DNA of 64,000 nt, from IMG/VR virus record IMGVR_UViG_3300046167_000798; one strand, 5' to 3'. This DNA is from a virus. Taxonomy: Duplodnaviria > Caudoviricetes. How positions within the stretch are numbered: the stretch's first letter is position 1; each line of letters begins with the position of its first letter. A program made the position numbers and the translations under genes. The notes beneath the pieces are model-generated. The model was not told where the DNA came from, did no database searches, and saw only the letters and a program-made list of their open reading frames with translations. This document shows positions 8,273-19,499 of this stretch, piece after piece.

Positions 8273-10876
8273 TTATATACCTGCTTTTAATTCTTTTAAT
8301 TTTGTCTGTTTATCAGCTTTTCTCTTTTCATCTCGTTCTTTAATCTTTTTTAGATTCTCATCACGATTTGCTTTTTTAGTTTCATTTCTCTTCTTTTCTC
8401 TGTCTTCTCTAGCTTTTCTTTGAGTTTCTTCTTTTTCGTATTTCGCATCTTCTTCAGCTACTGCTTTTTTGTAAACTTCTTGTTGAGTTCCAATAGGGTC
8501 ATCTACATTTTGTTTTACCCAAATTCTATATTCTTGTTTACCAATAATTTGTCTACCCATAGTTGGACTGAAAATATCTGTTTGATAAACAACGAACTCC
8601 TTTTTAACTTCCTGTCCTTTTAAAGTACCAATTTGAGTAAAATAGAAACAAGGATTACCATCAATATTTGAAATTTTCTCTACACTATTTTCATCAAAAT
8701 TAGATGCAGCAATTCTTTCAGTTGCCCAATCATCTACACCCTTAGATTTTAGTTTTTCTTTCTTTTTTTCTAATTCTGTTCTAGTTTGTGATTGTTCACT
8801 TTTAAAAGTTGATGTTCCATTATCTGATTCTTTTGGTGTTTCTGAAGAACCTTTAGGTGATAATGATTTTGGTTTTTTATTTATACCATCATTACTTTTT
8901 GCTTGTTCTTCTTCAGTTTGTGGAATACCTTCGTTGTTAACATTAACACTAGGACTTGATTCTGTATTAGATTGTGCTCCTCCACCTATATTATCAGTAC
9001 CACCACCTGTTTGAGGGTCTGATTCGAAACTACTTTTTCTTTTTTCGTTTATAGATTTTGTTGCTTCATCACTTCTTCCATAATTATAAAGTACATTTTC
9101 ATCACCAGCAGATTCAATTAACTTAATTGTTAATGCAACATCAACAAGTTTTGGTAAATAAAGTCCATTTTGTGCAATTTCCCAAGTTCCATTATCAGGT
9201 ATATTATATGTTAATGATTCTATAAACCCTTGTTTATTATTATACATACTACCTAATCTAAACTGAATAATAGGTGGTGTTACATATTTTCTACTATCCA
9301 CCTCTCCACCAATTGTTGGATAACATTGTTTAGTTACAATTGATATCTTTTCCCACATTGCAGCCAATTCTAATTCATTATAACAGAACAGTTGTAATGT
9401 AAAAGTACAATTTCTTTCAACACCTTGGTAGGTATAAAAACTATATGGATTACCATAAAATTTATTGCCACTCCAAGAAGGTGTAACATTTTCAGATATA
9501 CCAGTTAAAGAAGCTCTGAAGTGTACAGAATTACCACCCAATGGTCTTATCCAAAATGGAATTAAATCAGAATTTTCTAAATCTTCTTTAGAATTACCTT
9601 CACCAGATATACCATTTGAATTTAATTTATCACTTCCTTTTGTAATACCATATAAAGAATCCATATTAGCACTAGGTTCATTAGAACCAGCTTTTTTGGG
9701 ATATCTCAAATCTATATCATATGGATTTTTAGAATATTGAGGTAATCTAAAAAATGATGTTCCTCTATCTGTTGAGTTTTGTGGTAATGTAGTTAAATCT
9801 ATTCTAGTAAATTCCCCACTTTGGTCATCATCTGTTGCCTCATCTCTAACTATACTTGAATATTTATTTTCTTTTGAGTATTCTATATTTGGAGTAGTAT
9901 CTTCTCCTAATTTTTTATTTTTTTCTTGACTTTTTGCTGTTTTTTTAGCTAAATCATCTTCTGTTTCTGCAGATGGTATTTCTAAATCAGTTTCTTCACT
10001 ATCTTCTGTTAGGTAAGTTTCTACATATTTTGTGTAAGGAGCATCTGAACGATATTCTCTATCACTATCTAATGAACTATTACTATTAGAAATACTTTCA
10101 CCTATTGTTTTTTTCTTAAATAAACCTTCTTTTGTTTTACTAGTTAGTTCAGATACTTTTTCTGTACCTTGTGATTGAATCTTACTAGGGTCAGCTTCAT
10201 TATTTTTTGCATTTCTTATTGAAGTTGAATATGATTGTTGTGAACTATATGGAAAAGCAGAATCTTCACTAGTTCCACCACCTAATATATTTTCTCCAAT
10301 AGATTGTGATTTACCTAAAAGAACATCTCTTGCTTTATCCTTAACTAAAGAAATACCTTGTCCTAATAAATTTCTACCAATTGTTTGAAAATTACCACCA
10401 CCACTATTTTTTAAAAACTTACCAAGTTCAGTTCCTGCTGCATCTTTTCGTATTTTTCCAAGTGTAATCATGGTATCAGGTTCTGCACCTTTTTGTAAAT
10501 CACCATGATTATCTACAAAAGTTGGAATAGCCGAAGTAGGTATTCCTAATTTTGAGTTAAATTTATCTCTTACATCACTTAGTGAGTTTAAACTTCCTCC
10601 TGTTAATGCTGCTATACCTTTTCCGATTAATCCACCATCTCCTCCTTCACCACCAGTAGAATCTTTCATCTTATCAAGTGTAGGGGTACTTCTTATTGCA
10701 ATACGAGTTGCTTCATTACCATATATTAAAGGATTGTTTATTTCAACTGCAGATTTGATTCTAATACCACTTGTTTCTTGTTCGACAAGAGTTTCTGTAT
10801 CAGATTTTAAAGAGGTATAGTTAGTACCAAAAATCCAACTTGATTGTCCTTCGTATATTTCTTTTAATGTTGGCAT
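8273..10876 (-). CDS. Baseplate/tail-tube initiator-like protein with long low-complexity flanks
   Basis: Central FRASLTGISENVTPSWSGNKFYGNPYSFYTYQGVERNCTFTL...PPIIQFRLG domain; lies between the tape measure and LysM genes; charged helical C-terminus. Confidence 0.6.
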   Translation of the reverse strand: MPTLKEIYEGQSSWIFGTNYTSLKSDTETLVEQETSGIRIKSAVEINNPLIYGNEATRIAIRSTPTLDKMKDSTGGEGGDGGLIGKGIAALTGGSLNSLSDVRDKFNSKLGIPTSAIPTFVDNHGDLQKGAEPDTMITLGKIRKDAAGTELGKFLKNSGGGNFQTIGRNLLGQGISLVKDKARDVLLGKSQSIGENILGGGTSEDSAFPYSSQQSYSTSIRNAKNNEADPSKIQSQGTEKVSELTSKTKEGLFKKKTIGESISNSNSSLDSDREYRSDAPYTKYVETYLTEDSEETDLEIPSAETEDDLAKKTAKSQEKNKKLGEDTTPNIEYSKENKYSSIVRDEATDDDQSGEFTRIDLTTLPQNSTDRGTSFFRLPQYSKNPYDIDLRYPKKAGSNEPSANMDSLYGITKGSDKLNSNGISGEGNSKEDLENSDLIPFWIRPLGGNSVHFRASLTGISENVTPSWSGNKFYGNPYSFYTYQGVERNCTFTLQLFCYNELELAAMWEKISIVTKQCYPTIGGEVDSRKYVTPPIIQFRLGSMYNNKQGFIESLTYNIPDNGTWEIAQNGLYLPKLVDVALTIKLIESAGDENVLYNYGRSDEATKSINEKRKSSFESDPQTGGGTDNIGGGAQSNTESSPSVNVNNEGIPQTEEEQAKSNDGINKKPKSLSPKGSSETPKESDNGTSTFKSEQSQTRTELEKKKEKLKSKGVDDWATERIAASNFDENSVEKISNIDGNPCFYFTQIGTLKGQEVKKEFVVYQTDIFSPTMGRQIIGKQEYRIWVKQNVDDPIGTQQEVYKKAVAEEDAKYEKEETQRKAREDREKKRNETKKANRDENLKKIKERDEKRKADKQTKLKELKAGI

Positions 10877-10882
10877 ATATTA

Positions 10883-13449
10883 TTATCCTGTGTTAGAAGC
10901 TCCGTATGCAGAGTTACTCATTTTACTTTCTGATTTTTTACCTATTAAATCAGTTACAATAGTTCCATCTATATAAACATCAAAACTTTTCTTTTCTATT
11001 GCCGATACAACTCCTTGTAATCCAGCAGTTATTTGTTCACTTATAATACTTAGTGATTCATTTTCAACAGATGATACTTCGGATGAACTATTATCACCTC
11101 CACCACCAAATGCACTAAATAACATTCCTAATCCTGCTCCAGCAACTCCTAATCCTAATAGAGTTGGTAACGCCGCAATACCAGCAACTCCCAATAATCC
11201 AAGTGAAACAGCTAATGCAGCAAATGCCGCAGATAACATAAATATTCCACCTACCATCGATATTAGACCAGTTAGATGTGGCCCAATTACAGTAAGTGTT
11301 TGTAATCCACTTGCTAATTGATTTAATCCAAATCCTAATGCCGCAACGGCCGCACCGATTAAGAACATTCCAGCGGCGGCGGTTAATATTACTGCCGCTT
11401 GAGGTCCACTAAATAATAACCCCAATCCAAACATCGCCGCAGTTAGTAGTACCATACCACCTATTGCCATTCCTATTTCTTTTAATCCAACATTAGAAAA
11501 TTCTTGTAATGCCTTTCCAAGTATAAAGAGTGAACCTGCAATTAAAACCATTGCTGCCGCACCTTTAACTACATCGGTCATTTTTATTCCTTTCATGGCT
11601 CCTGTTAATTTACTAACACCACCACCTGCTTTTCCACCAGCATCTGGTGTAACTGAATCGGTTATTTTTGGAGTATCTCCAACACCTTTCATTGCTCCAG
11701 CTTTTAACTTACCAAATAAATTACCTGTTTTTTGGCCAATTGGAGAATCTTTTATTTTAGTTCCAAGAGATGAAGCCAATCCTCCTAACTTAGCACCAGC
11801 TCCTCCAAATAGTTTTGAAACACCAGAAGCAGCCATCATTGTTAGGTTTTTAAGTACCTTTGCAGAGTTTTTAACCATACCACCCATGTTTATACCCATA
11901 TCCTTTAAGAAAGGAGATGCTTGTCCTGCAGCGATTGCAAATCCACCTAATCCTTTTAATGATTTACCAAGTGGTCCTGATGCAAATGCTGATAAACTTT
12001 GTGACCAAGTTTCAAATGTTGATAATTGCATTGTACCATCATCATTTAACTTATCCATGTTTTTAGCCATTTTGGAAAGTTCTTCTACTGATAATCCTAA
12101 TGCTTCAGGCAGCAGCTCGTTTCTCAATAACATTCATTTTTTCAAATGCAACTTGTCCACCAAGTTGTTTTATTGTTTCCTTAACTGATGCTCCAATTTT
12201 TCCTTGGAAAGCAAGTCCTCTTGCTCTCGTTAGATTTATATTTCTACCTAATATAGCTGATAGTTCTAATTCTTTTGTAATTGATGATTCAAAATCAAGT
12301 AACCCATCTGTTACTTTACCAAGTGTACTCATCGATACACCAAGTTTTGCCGCTTGAACTGCTGATTTAGCTAATTCTTTTGTTGCCGATTGCACCATAT
12401 GAAGCAAATAATTCTGCATTCTGAGCAATATCTTCCATTGCCTGTGATGGTATAACTCCTTGTTGTTTAGCAAAATCTTTTGTCTGTTGTGCTAAATCTT
12501 GAGCCTGTTTTGCGGTTAAGTTACCAGACCTTGCTAAAATACCTGTAAGTTTTGCAGCTGATTCTCCACTAATACCCATGTTAACGGCCATTAGATTCGT
12601 ATTCAGTTGTGTTCTAAAAGAAGTTCCCTCTACACCCGCAAATTCATTTGCAAGTGTTTTTGATACTGCCGCCGCATCATCAAATACAAGACCAAGTGCA
12701 GTTGTTTGAACTGTGGCCATTCCCAAGAATCCACCAAACTCTCTAACATTCTTACCAATAGCCTCTGCTGCATATCCAGCTCCTATTAAAGCTCCACCCA
12801 ATACTCCACCTACTGTTTTTGAAAGTAATGATGCAGTTTCAAGGATTCCTCCAATAGTATCCTTCATTCCTTCATATACAGCCATTTGTTTATTTAGTAA
12901 ACCTTGTTGTTTTTCTGTTAAACTAGATAGATTTTTTGCTTTATCAAATTTTTCCTTTTCTATATCCAATTGAGCCTGTGCATCAGCACCAAGGCCTTTC
13001 ATACCTTTCATGATATCTTGAATCTTCTGTTCTATTACTGCTTTTGATACTTCATCTTCTGCAGATAATCCTAGTAATTCATCGTTAAGTGAACGAATAG
13101 AACTAAGTTTATCTCTAGTACTTGAATTCATACTATCAGATTTAGACATCAATTTTATTCTATCTCTTTCTAATCCTACAAATGATGCTTGAATACCAGA
13201 TAGACCTTTTAGTTTCTGTTCCTCTTGCATTAAGGTAGATATTCTATCTGATTGGTTTTTCTTTGCTTCGGTTATTTCACCATTTATTTCTTTTAATTTA
13301 GAAACAATATCGTTATACTGTTTATTTGATTTTTTAAACTCAGCTGCTAATGCGGCGTTACCCTTTGTCTCTTGTTCTAAGAGGGATAAGGCTTCTTTTT
13401 TAAGTGTATTACCTTCTTTAAGTAAATTATTTAGCTGTTGTTGAGTCAT
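10883..13449 (-). CDS. Tape measure protein (about 854 aa after removing two single-base insertions)
   Basis: Three track ORFs (12367-13449, 12105-12473, 10883-12133) join if one base is removed at 12390-91 and one at 12108-09. Ala/Gly/Leu-rich helical sequence directly after the chaperone. Confidence 0.8.
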
Positions 13450-13461
13450 CTATTAAAAGTC

Positions 13462-13668
13462 CTATTGTAAATCTTTTAACATCTTTTCTAATTCTTTAGA
13501 TGCTTTTTCTATTTGAGACATTTTTTGTACTACCTTTGGTGGTACTTTTTTGTTTTTCTTTGCAGCCTTAATTGCACTATTAGTTGCATTCTTTTTTAAT
13601 CCATCGAAAAATGCATCTGTGAATTTCTTTGTAGCCGAAAATAATCCTTCTTTTAATTCTTTTGCCAT
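13462..13668 (-). CDS. Small basic protein preceding the tape measure
   Basis: AGGAG 8 nt before the ATG and a late-promoter motif upstream. Confidence 0.75.
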   Translation of the reverse strand: MAKELKEGLFSATKKFTDAFFDGLKKNATNSAIKAAKKNKKVPPKVVQKMSQIEKASKELEKMLKDLQ

Positions 13669-13698
13669 ATGAGTTTCTCCTATATAGTTTTATACTAA

Positions 13699-13707
13699 TA
13701 TAAATAT
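13699..13707 (-). promoter_or_regulatory. Late-promoter motif ATA[T/C]TTATA (representative copy)
   Basis: The same 9-mer occurs at 14731, 14803, 15342, 17789, 18143, 19508, 32655, 32709, 35535, 36202, 46308, 49378, 49742, 56992, 59202 and 62170, mostly 19-44 nt upstream of start codons. Confidence 0.7.
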
Positions 13708-13712
13708 AGGGT

Positions 13713-13742
13713 AAAAAAAAAGTGAGGAATTATTTCCTCACT
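13713..13742 (-). terminator. Rho-independent terminator
   Basis: AGTGAGGAA-ataa-TTCCTCACT followed by a T run on the minus strand. Confidence 0.85.
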
Positions 13743-13969
13743 CTTACATTTGGTCCTTTAGCACCACCTTGTTTAGTGGCCTTATCGTGTTCCTGTTTTT
13801 CTTTTTTCTTGGCATCTACTAATTTCTTAAAGTAGAAGTTTCTCCAATGAATTGGCATCGAATATACTTCTGACCAAGTAAATCCATTACCATAGTTAAC
13901 CATTTCCCAAATTTGGTTATGTAGTTGTATCGAGTAGTTACTCGGAAGGGTAAAAAAACCCAACCCCAA
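13730..13969 (-). CDS. Frameshift extension of the tail assembly chaperone (GT-like product)
   Basis: No convincing own start; overlaps the chaperone 3' end across a T7 run. FTWSEVYSMPIHWRNFY motif. Confidence 0.7.
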   Translation of the reverse strand: MGLGFFTLPSNYSIQLHNQIWEMVNYGNGFTWSEVYSMPIHWRNFYFKKLVDAKKKEKQEHDKATKQGGAKGPNVRVRK

Positions 13970-14708
13970 AGGGGATATCTAGGGCCTCCTCTTCTCCTGT
14001 TATGTCAGAGGTGAAATGGAATGTCAAATCCAAATCAGGTGAGATATCTCTTACATAGTTTCTCAAAGCTCTCGAATCACGAGCTAAAAGATTGTTTTTA
14101 ACCCAATTGTTGATAAAACCTCTATCGGTATTACCATCAACCTCTTGAATCATATATCTTAATCTTGTTGATACTTCTTGTGAAATAGGCTCACTTCCTT
14201 TTTTCTGAAGTCTTTGTATTGCCTGTATCTCTGCATTTATATCTCCCTCATCTTTATGAGTTAATAATTTAAATACAATCTTTTTCTTTGAAATTGGTAA
14301 TTCAAAGTCATATCTATTATCACCATTTAATTTAGAACTATCTACTTCTTTAATTTGTATTTTAGAAAGGTCTATTTGTACTTCTTGTGGTTCTCCACTA
14401 GAAGGGTCTATTACTTCTGCTTTGTATTCTGGTCCATATCCTAAGATACGAGTTGCTAAAAGGATTGCATTTTTATCACCGATGAATATATCACCAATAT
14501 CCAAACCTTCTTCTACTACCACAGATTCAAAGAGTTTATCGAGAACCACCCCCTTCCTTATCAAATTTTGTGAAGCAAGTATATCCTCTTCTTTAGCGGT
14601 CATATACTTTATCTCAACAGTACCCTTTGATAACGGGTGTCCTTCGGTGTACATTTTACCACCTGAAGGTAAATCTACTATTTCAGTAGGGAAATCAAAT
14701 TTTGCCAT
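13938..14708 (-). CDS. Tail/baseplate assembly chaperone
   Basis: FPTEIVDLPSGG..Y, IKYMTAKEEDIL, C-terminal FFYP; sits between the tube and tape measure genes. Confidence 0.75.
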   Translation of the reverse strand: MAKFDFPTEIVDLPSGGKMYTEGHPLSKGTVEIKYMTAKEEDILASQNLIRKGVVLDKLFESVVVEEGLDIGDIFIGDKNAILLATRILGYGPEYKAEVIDPSSGEPQEVQIDLSKIQIKEVDSSKLNGDNRYDFELPISKKKIVFKLLTHKDEGDINAEIQAIQRLQKKGSEPISQEVSTRLRYMIQEVDGNTDRGFINNWVKNNLLARDSRALRNYVRDISPDLDLTFHFTSDITGEEEALDIPFGVGFFYPSE

Positions 14709-14769
14709 AACGTTAGTTTATTTATTTGTATATAAATATATAATATTTAGAAATTTAAAAATTAAGCAC

Positions 14770-14798
14770 AAAAAAAGTTCTCACTAAGAGAACTTTTT
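14770..14798 (-). terminator. Rho-independent terminator after the tail tube gene
   Basis: AAAAAGTTCTC-ttagt-GAGAACTTTTT plus T tail. Confidence 0.8.
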
Positions 14799-14823
14799 CC
14801 TTTATAAATATGTTGAATATGTA

Positions 14824-15315
14824 TTAGAATTCTAAAACTGCGTAATCATAAGATAGTGTTAAAGTAATTTCAGCAGGGTCAGAGGCATTTGACCAATCTA
14901 AATCATTAAACACTGCATTGTTGATAAATGCACCTTTCATAGTCCATTGTTCAATTTTATCACCAACTGGTCCTAACATATAACATTGGATATCTTTCTT
15001 ATAGAAATCTGCATATCCATCTCTACCTGTTAAAGATTCATGTGATAATCTTACCCATTCCATTACTGCTTGAGCTCCTGAAGGAACGATAGGGTCATAT
15101 AGAGTAATCTCTACATCTTGCCATTCACCTTTTCCTTTAAGTTTTCTTTTAACGTTAATGTGGTCTAGTGTAACAGTTTCAAATTGAATTGAAGGTCTGT
15201 TTGCTGTTTTTATAAGATATGAAGGGATACCATCGATTTCCATGATGAATCTATTCTTCATCTTCGGTTCGAAGTTGGTATAAAACATATCGTTAAATTC
15301 TAATACTTCTGCCAT
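14824..15315 (-). CDS. gp19: Tail tube protein (T4 gp19-like)
   Basis: FEPKMKNRFIMEIDGIPSYLIKTANRP...YDPIVPSGAQAVMEW...ITLTLSYDYA; directly follows the sheath gene. Confidence 0.92.
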   Translation of the reverse strand: MAEVLEFNDMFYTNFEPKMKNRFIMEIDGIPSYLIKTANRPSIQFETVTLDHINVKRKLKGKGEWQDVEITLYDPIVPSGAQAVMEWVRLSHESLTGRDGYADFYKKDIQCYMLGPVGDKIEQWTMKGAFINNAVFNDLDWSNASDPAEITLTLSYDYAVLEF

Positions 15316-15373
15316 TTTGTTTTCTCCTAATTATATTCTACTATAAATATAGTTCTTTTTTATTTTTAATTAA

Positions 15374-17745
15374 TTATGCCGAGAATGATGCCCCTGTCGG
15401 TAAGATGTTGAAGTCTAACACGATGAATTCAGCAGTTTTTGTTGGTTGTAAGAAAATCTGTCCAGCCAATATATTTCTGTCAATTACATCTGGTGTGTTA
15501 TTACTCTCATCCATCACCACTCTAAATGCATACAATCCTTGTCTTTGTTGTATTCCTTCTAAATAAGGATTCACAGTATTTAAGAATCTACCTCTCGTTT
15601 GAGAAGTGTTTTGTTCGAATACTAAGTATCTTGAAGTTGAAGCAATATACTTCTTAACTTTAATCATTAATCTTCTTACGTTGATTCTATCAAGTGCAGA
15701 TGCCTTATCTTGTAAAGTTTTTTGTCCGAATGCTACGATACCTTCTCCTGGGAACTGAGCAATTGGATTAACTTTTCCTTCATATAGTGTATCTCTCTCT
15801 GAATGTGTTAATCTGTTTAATACAGATACCGCACCTACGATACCACCTCTATTTAAACCAGCTGGTGCAAACCACTCAGCAGCAACCGCATCGTTGGCCG
15901 CATATATACCTGGCATCAATACTGATGGTGGTATAGTTGTTAGTTTATTAGTTCTTGAATCTATTGTCTTAACCCATGGGTAGTAAGAACCTACATAGTT
16001 AGAATCTATATTACTTGCCTGTGATGTAGCATCTGATATAGTATCTCCTCCATCAGTAATATCACCGATAAAGAATGCATCTTCTCTTGCTTCTACCATA
16101 TCAACTACTTTATCAAATACATAAGAATGTAATCTTCTTACTACACCTGGTGCAGATACTAAGTTAATATCGAAATCATCTGGATTAGATACTGAGTTGA
16201 TTGCCTTTACATAAGCAACTGAACCACTTGCAGTTGAAGTAGATAAGTTAAATCCTTGTGAGTTTCCAGCACCCCAATCAGAATCACCATATTTAGCTGA
16301 TTTGATATTTGGAGAGACTACCATCGAATCCACTTTGGAATCCTACGATAAATTGTCTTTTGTTAATAGTTGTTGCAGTATCTGATGTAGATAATGTATA
16401 TCCAAAGTTCTTAGTTGAAATAACACCATCCTACGATTGCAGTAAATGCCGCATCGAATGAGAAAGCAGTATTACCACCACTAGTTGCCGAAGCAGGTAT
16501 TGGAGATAAGTAACTGTTGTTATCAATTTTTACTACTGCAGTTTCTAAATCAATACCACTATATTGTATATTCTTAGAACCATTGTTATCTCCCGAACCA
16601 GTTGAAAATATAACTGATGGTATCATAGCTTCTGTTCCATTAGAACCAACATAAATTGGATTAACGTATGCTGCATGTCCAAATGGTGCAGCAACTATTG
16701 GGAATGAACCTTCATCAGAACATTCTACTCTAATAAATTTAGAGTTATTTTGATAATCACCACTCATGTTCATTTTACCAACTGAATCGATAGAAACGTT
16801 CATATCACCAATTCTTTTCTTAATATAGTTTGGTGATGCAGGGTCTAGGTTTACATTATTCCATGTTTCAAGAATAATTGGTCTTTTATGTGTATCAGAG
16901 TATCCTCTTACTACAACTGAGAATGTTGAATAATCAGTAGAGTTAGTAGAACCAGCTGCTTTTACATTAAAGAAACCTATTTTGTATTCTTTGTTGTAAT
17001 TAGTACCATCACCTAAAGTATGGAACTTAATTAAATTATGTCTTTCACCAGAAATCAACTGTGATTGTATCCATGGAGTTGAGGCATGTTGAATATCTTG
17101 TGTGAAATCTTGTGTTGCCAATTCTATTGATTTTACTTGAGAACCACTTTGTGATAAATACGATGTATGGTCAACAGCCGCTTTTTCAAAGTACTTGTGA
17201 GCATATGCTTTTTTAGAACCTCTAGCAGATTCTCCAAATACATCAGATATATCGTTTCCTGCACTTGGTAGTACAGATGAGGATACTGATGTTCCTATTT
17301 CTGAACCACTAATAAGGAAAGCTGATGCTGATGGTTGTGAATCAATGATATTGGAAGCTGTTGCAAATCCAACAGTTTGAGAACCTTGATGTGTTGCGTT
17401 TAAAACACCGATTAATCTTCTTCCACCTTGTGCGGTAGAACCACTTACTTCAATTCCTAAAGGTTTAACTTGTGAATAACCACCTTGATGACCAACACGA
17501 ACAATAGTTACTGTTCCTGCTTCTCTTAGGTAGTTTTGTACGGTATATCCTGTATAGTAATCTCCATTAGGTACACCAAATATTTCTTCGAATTCTGATT
17601 GTGTATTAACAACGGTTGGTACGAAAGCAGGTCCTTTATGGAAAGGTCCAATTATTGCTGCTCCAATTTCACCAATCCCTTGTGATAAGAAAGAAAGGTC
17701 ATTTTCTCTCGTAAATACACCAGGTGATACAATTTTTTCTGCCAT
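15374..17745 (-). CDS. gp18: Tail sheath protein (T4 gp18-like; about 789 aa after removing two insertions)
   Basis: MAEKIVSPGVFTRENDLS N-terminus; RQFIVGFQSGFDG; WFAPAGLNRG, NPIAQFPGEGIVAFGQKTL, LDRINVRRL. Single-base insertions at 16430-31 and 16319. Confidence 0.93.
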
Positions 17746-17823
17746 TTTATTTACTCCTTGTTATGTTTTTTGTATATGAATACTCTTATATAAGTATTAA
17801 TAACTTTATTGAAAATATATTTT

Positions 17824-18108
17824 TTACTTAGTTTCTTTATTTTCAGAAACCGGTACGAATGTGTTTGATGATGGGTCATAGTTACCATCTCCATACTTTC
17901 CATTCAATTCTGAGAACATATCTTTCTCATTTTGTACTAAAGCTGAATGTTTATTTAACAATTCATTTTCTAAATTTTCAATTTCTTCTACTCTTCTTCG
18001 TTTTTCAACTTGTAATTGTCCTAATTGAACAAATAGATTAGAAACATCTTGTCTTAATGAATTGATTTTTCCAACTTCTTCTTCTGTAAACTTAATTTCT
18101 TTTGCCAT
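17824..18108 (-). CDS. Small coiled-coil hypothetical protein
   Basis: Clean ORF with a late-promoter motif at 18143. Confidence 0.75.
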   Translation of the reverse strand: MAKEIKFTEEEVGKINSLRQDVSNLFVQLGQLQVEKRRRVEEIENLENELLNKHSALVQNEKDMFSELNGKYGDGNYDPSSNTFVPVSENKETK

Positions 18109-18176
18109 TTTTAAAATATTTTGTTAACTTTTACTTTGTATATATAAATATATAGTTTTTTTCAAAACGATAAAAA

Positions 18177-19487
18177 TTATCTACTAATAGTCAAGGTACC
18201 TGAGTAGTTTCCATTCAATCCATGGTCAATTGACCTTACTCTGGCATAGAATGTTCCACTTCCTAAAGCAGTTACAACATTTAATGTAGTTGAAGTATAT
18301 TCATCTTCATCAATTATAGGTGATGAGAAATCTGAATTATTATCAACTTGTAATCTATATCCTGTTATACCACTTACAGCATCCCATGTAATATTATGGT
18401 TTTGACCATTAACTTCAGTATAAGCTAAATTAGCTGGGGCTGATGGGGCTGATAAATCACTATGTGAGTTTCCTCCTTTATTGTGTGTTACATAGTCATT
18501 TATTAAATAGGTATCATGTGATTCTACATCAATAGTAACAATCTCAACAGTATCTTCGATAACTTCAATTGATGATATATTAGTTTCAACCAATTCTCCA
18601 TCGATTCTTTTTACTAATTTATCGTTTTCAGTAATATCTTTTATTTGTTTAAATTTGAACAACCCATCATAATTATCTTTAACTAACATTGGGTGTTCCG
18701 ATGTTGCCTTTATATCACCATCATTTATATTATAGTATTTTTCTGCAAATGAGAATATAACATTTGTAACTTCAACTTCTTCTTCAACTTCTCCCTTTTC
18801 TTCACTTGACCAATTAAAAAAGTTACCCTCATCTTCACTTAAATCATTAAATGAATATCCTTGAAGTTTTAATCCTTCACTAACATCTCCTGCTTCTATC
18901 TTTGAACCATCAATTAAAGTAACTGGTGTATCAACTAAAATACAAAGTGCAGTAGAGTTACCATCATATGTATCTACTGAATAAACAGTTTTATCTACAG
19001 CTGTATTATATCGTGTAGCGTGGTGATTGAATCCATCTGCAAATGTTGCTGATAATGTATGTGAATGATTACTCATTAATGATGTTTGTCCTGAACTATA
19101 TTGTGGATTCATAGTACCAACTGTTATAACTGCAGTTGCATCTTGATTAGCACCTACTGATAAAAATCCTTCATCATCACCATCTGAATCAAATGCTGGT
19201 GTAACTCCCCAAGTGAAGTTTTGATATCTATTTCCGATATAAGAATCGAAATTAGCTCCTCTTTCAACAAATCCTAGTTCATAAGTTTCATTAGTACCTT
19301 CTACGGCGTATTGATATCCTCCTAAAGATGCACTTACTGCATCTATACCAAATGAAGATAATGTAATATTATCACCAGCTGATGGTGAACCTTTTATACT
19401 ACCTAATGATACATTTGAATTTTGTACATCACCTGTAGCTCCCGCCAAATTATTTAAACTGAGTGTTTCTCCTGCTGAAATTGCCAT
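18177..19487 (-). CDS. Virion-type protein with a Hint (BIL/intein-like) domain and C-terminal FN3 domain
   Basis: Hint domain 18944-18480: CILVDTPVTLIDGS (block A), KATSEHP (TxxH), VTIDVESHDTYLINDYVTHN followed by Lys. FN3: PSAPANL..ITWDAV..YRLQV..FYARVRS. Confidence 0.85.
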   Translation of the reverse strand: MAISAGETLSLNNLAGATGDVQNSNVSLGSIKGSPSAGDNITLSSFGIDAVSASLGGYQYAVEGTNETYELGFVERGANFDSYIGNRYQNFTWGVTPAFDSDGDDEGFLSVGANQDATAVITVGTMNPQYSSGQTSLMSNHSHTLSATFADGFNHHATRYNTAVDKTVYSVDTYDGNSTALCILVDTPVTLIDGSKIEAGDVSEGLKLQGYSFNDLSEDEGNFFNWSSEEKGEVEEEVEVTNVIFSFAEKYYNINDGDIKATSEHPMLVKDNYDGLFKFKQIKDITENDKLVKRIDGELVETNISSIEVIEDTVEIVTIDVESHDTYLINDYVTHNKGGNSHSDLSAPSAPANLAYTEVNGQNHNITWDAVSGITGYRLQVDNNSDFSSPIIDEDEYTSTTLNVVTALGSGTFYARVRSIDHGLNGNYSGTLTISR

Positions 19488-19499
19488 ATATACTTTTCC

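Noticed and set aside
18480-18944. Canonical splicing intein with homing endonuclease
   Set aside because: The +1 residue is Lys, there is no LAGLIDADG/HNH insert and the host protein is not a conserved enzyme; treated as a BIL-type Hint.
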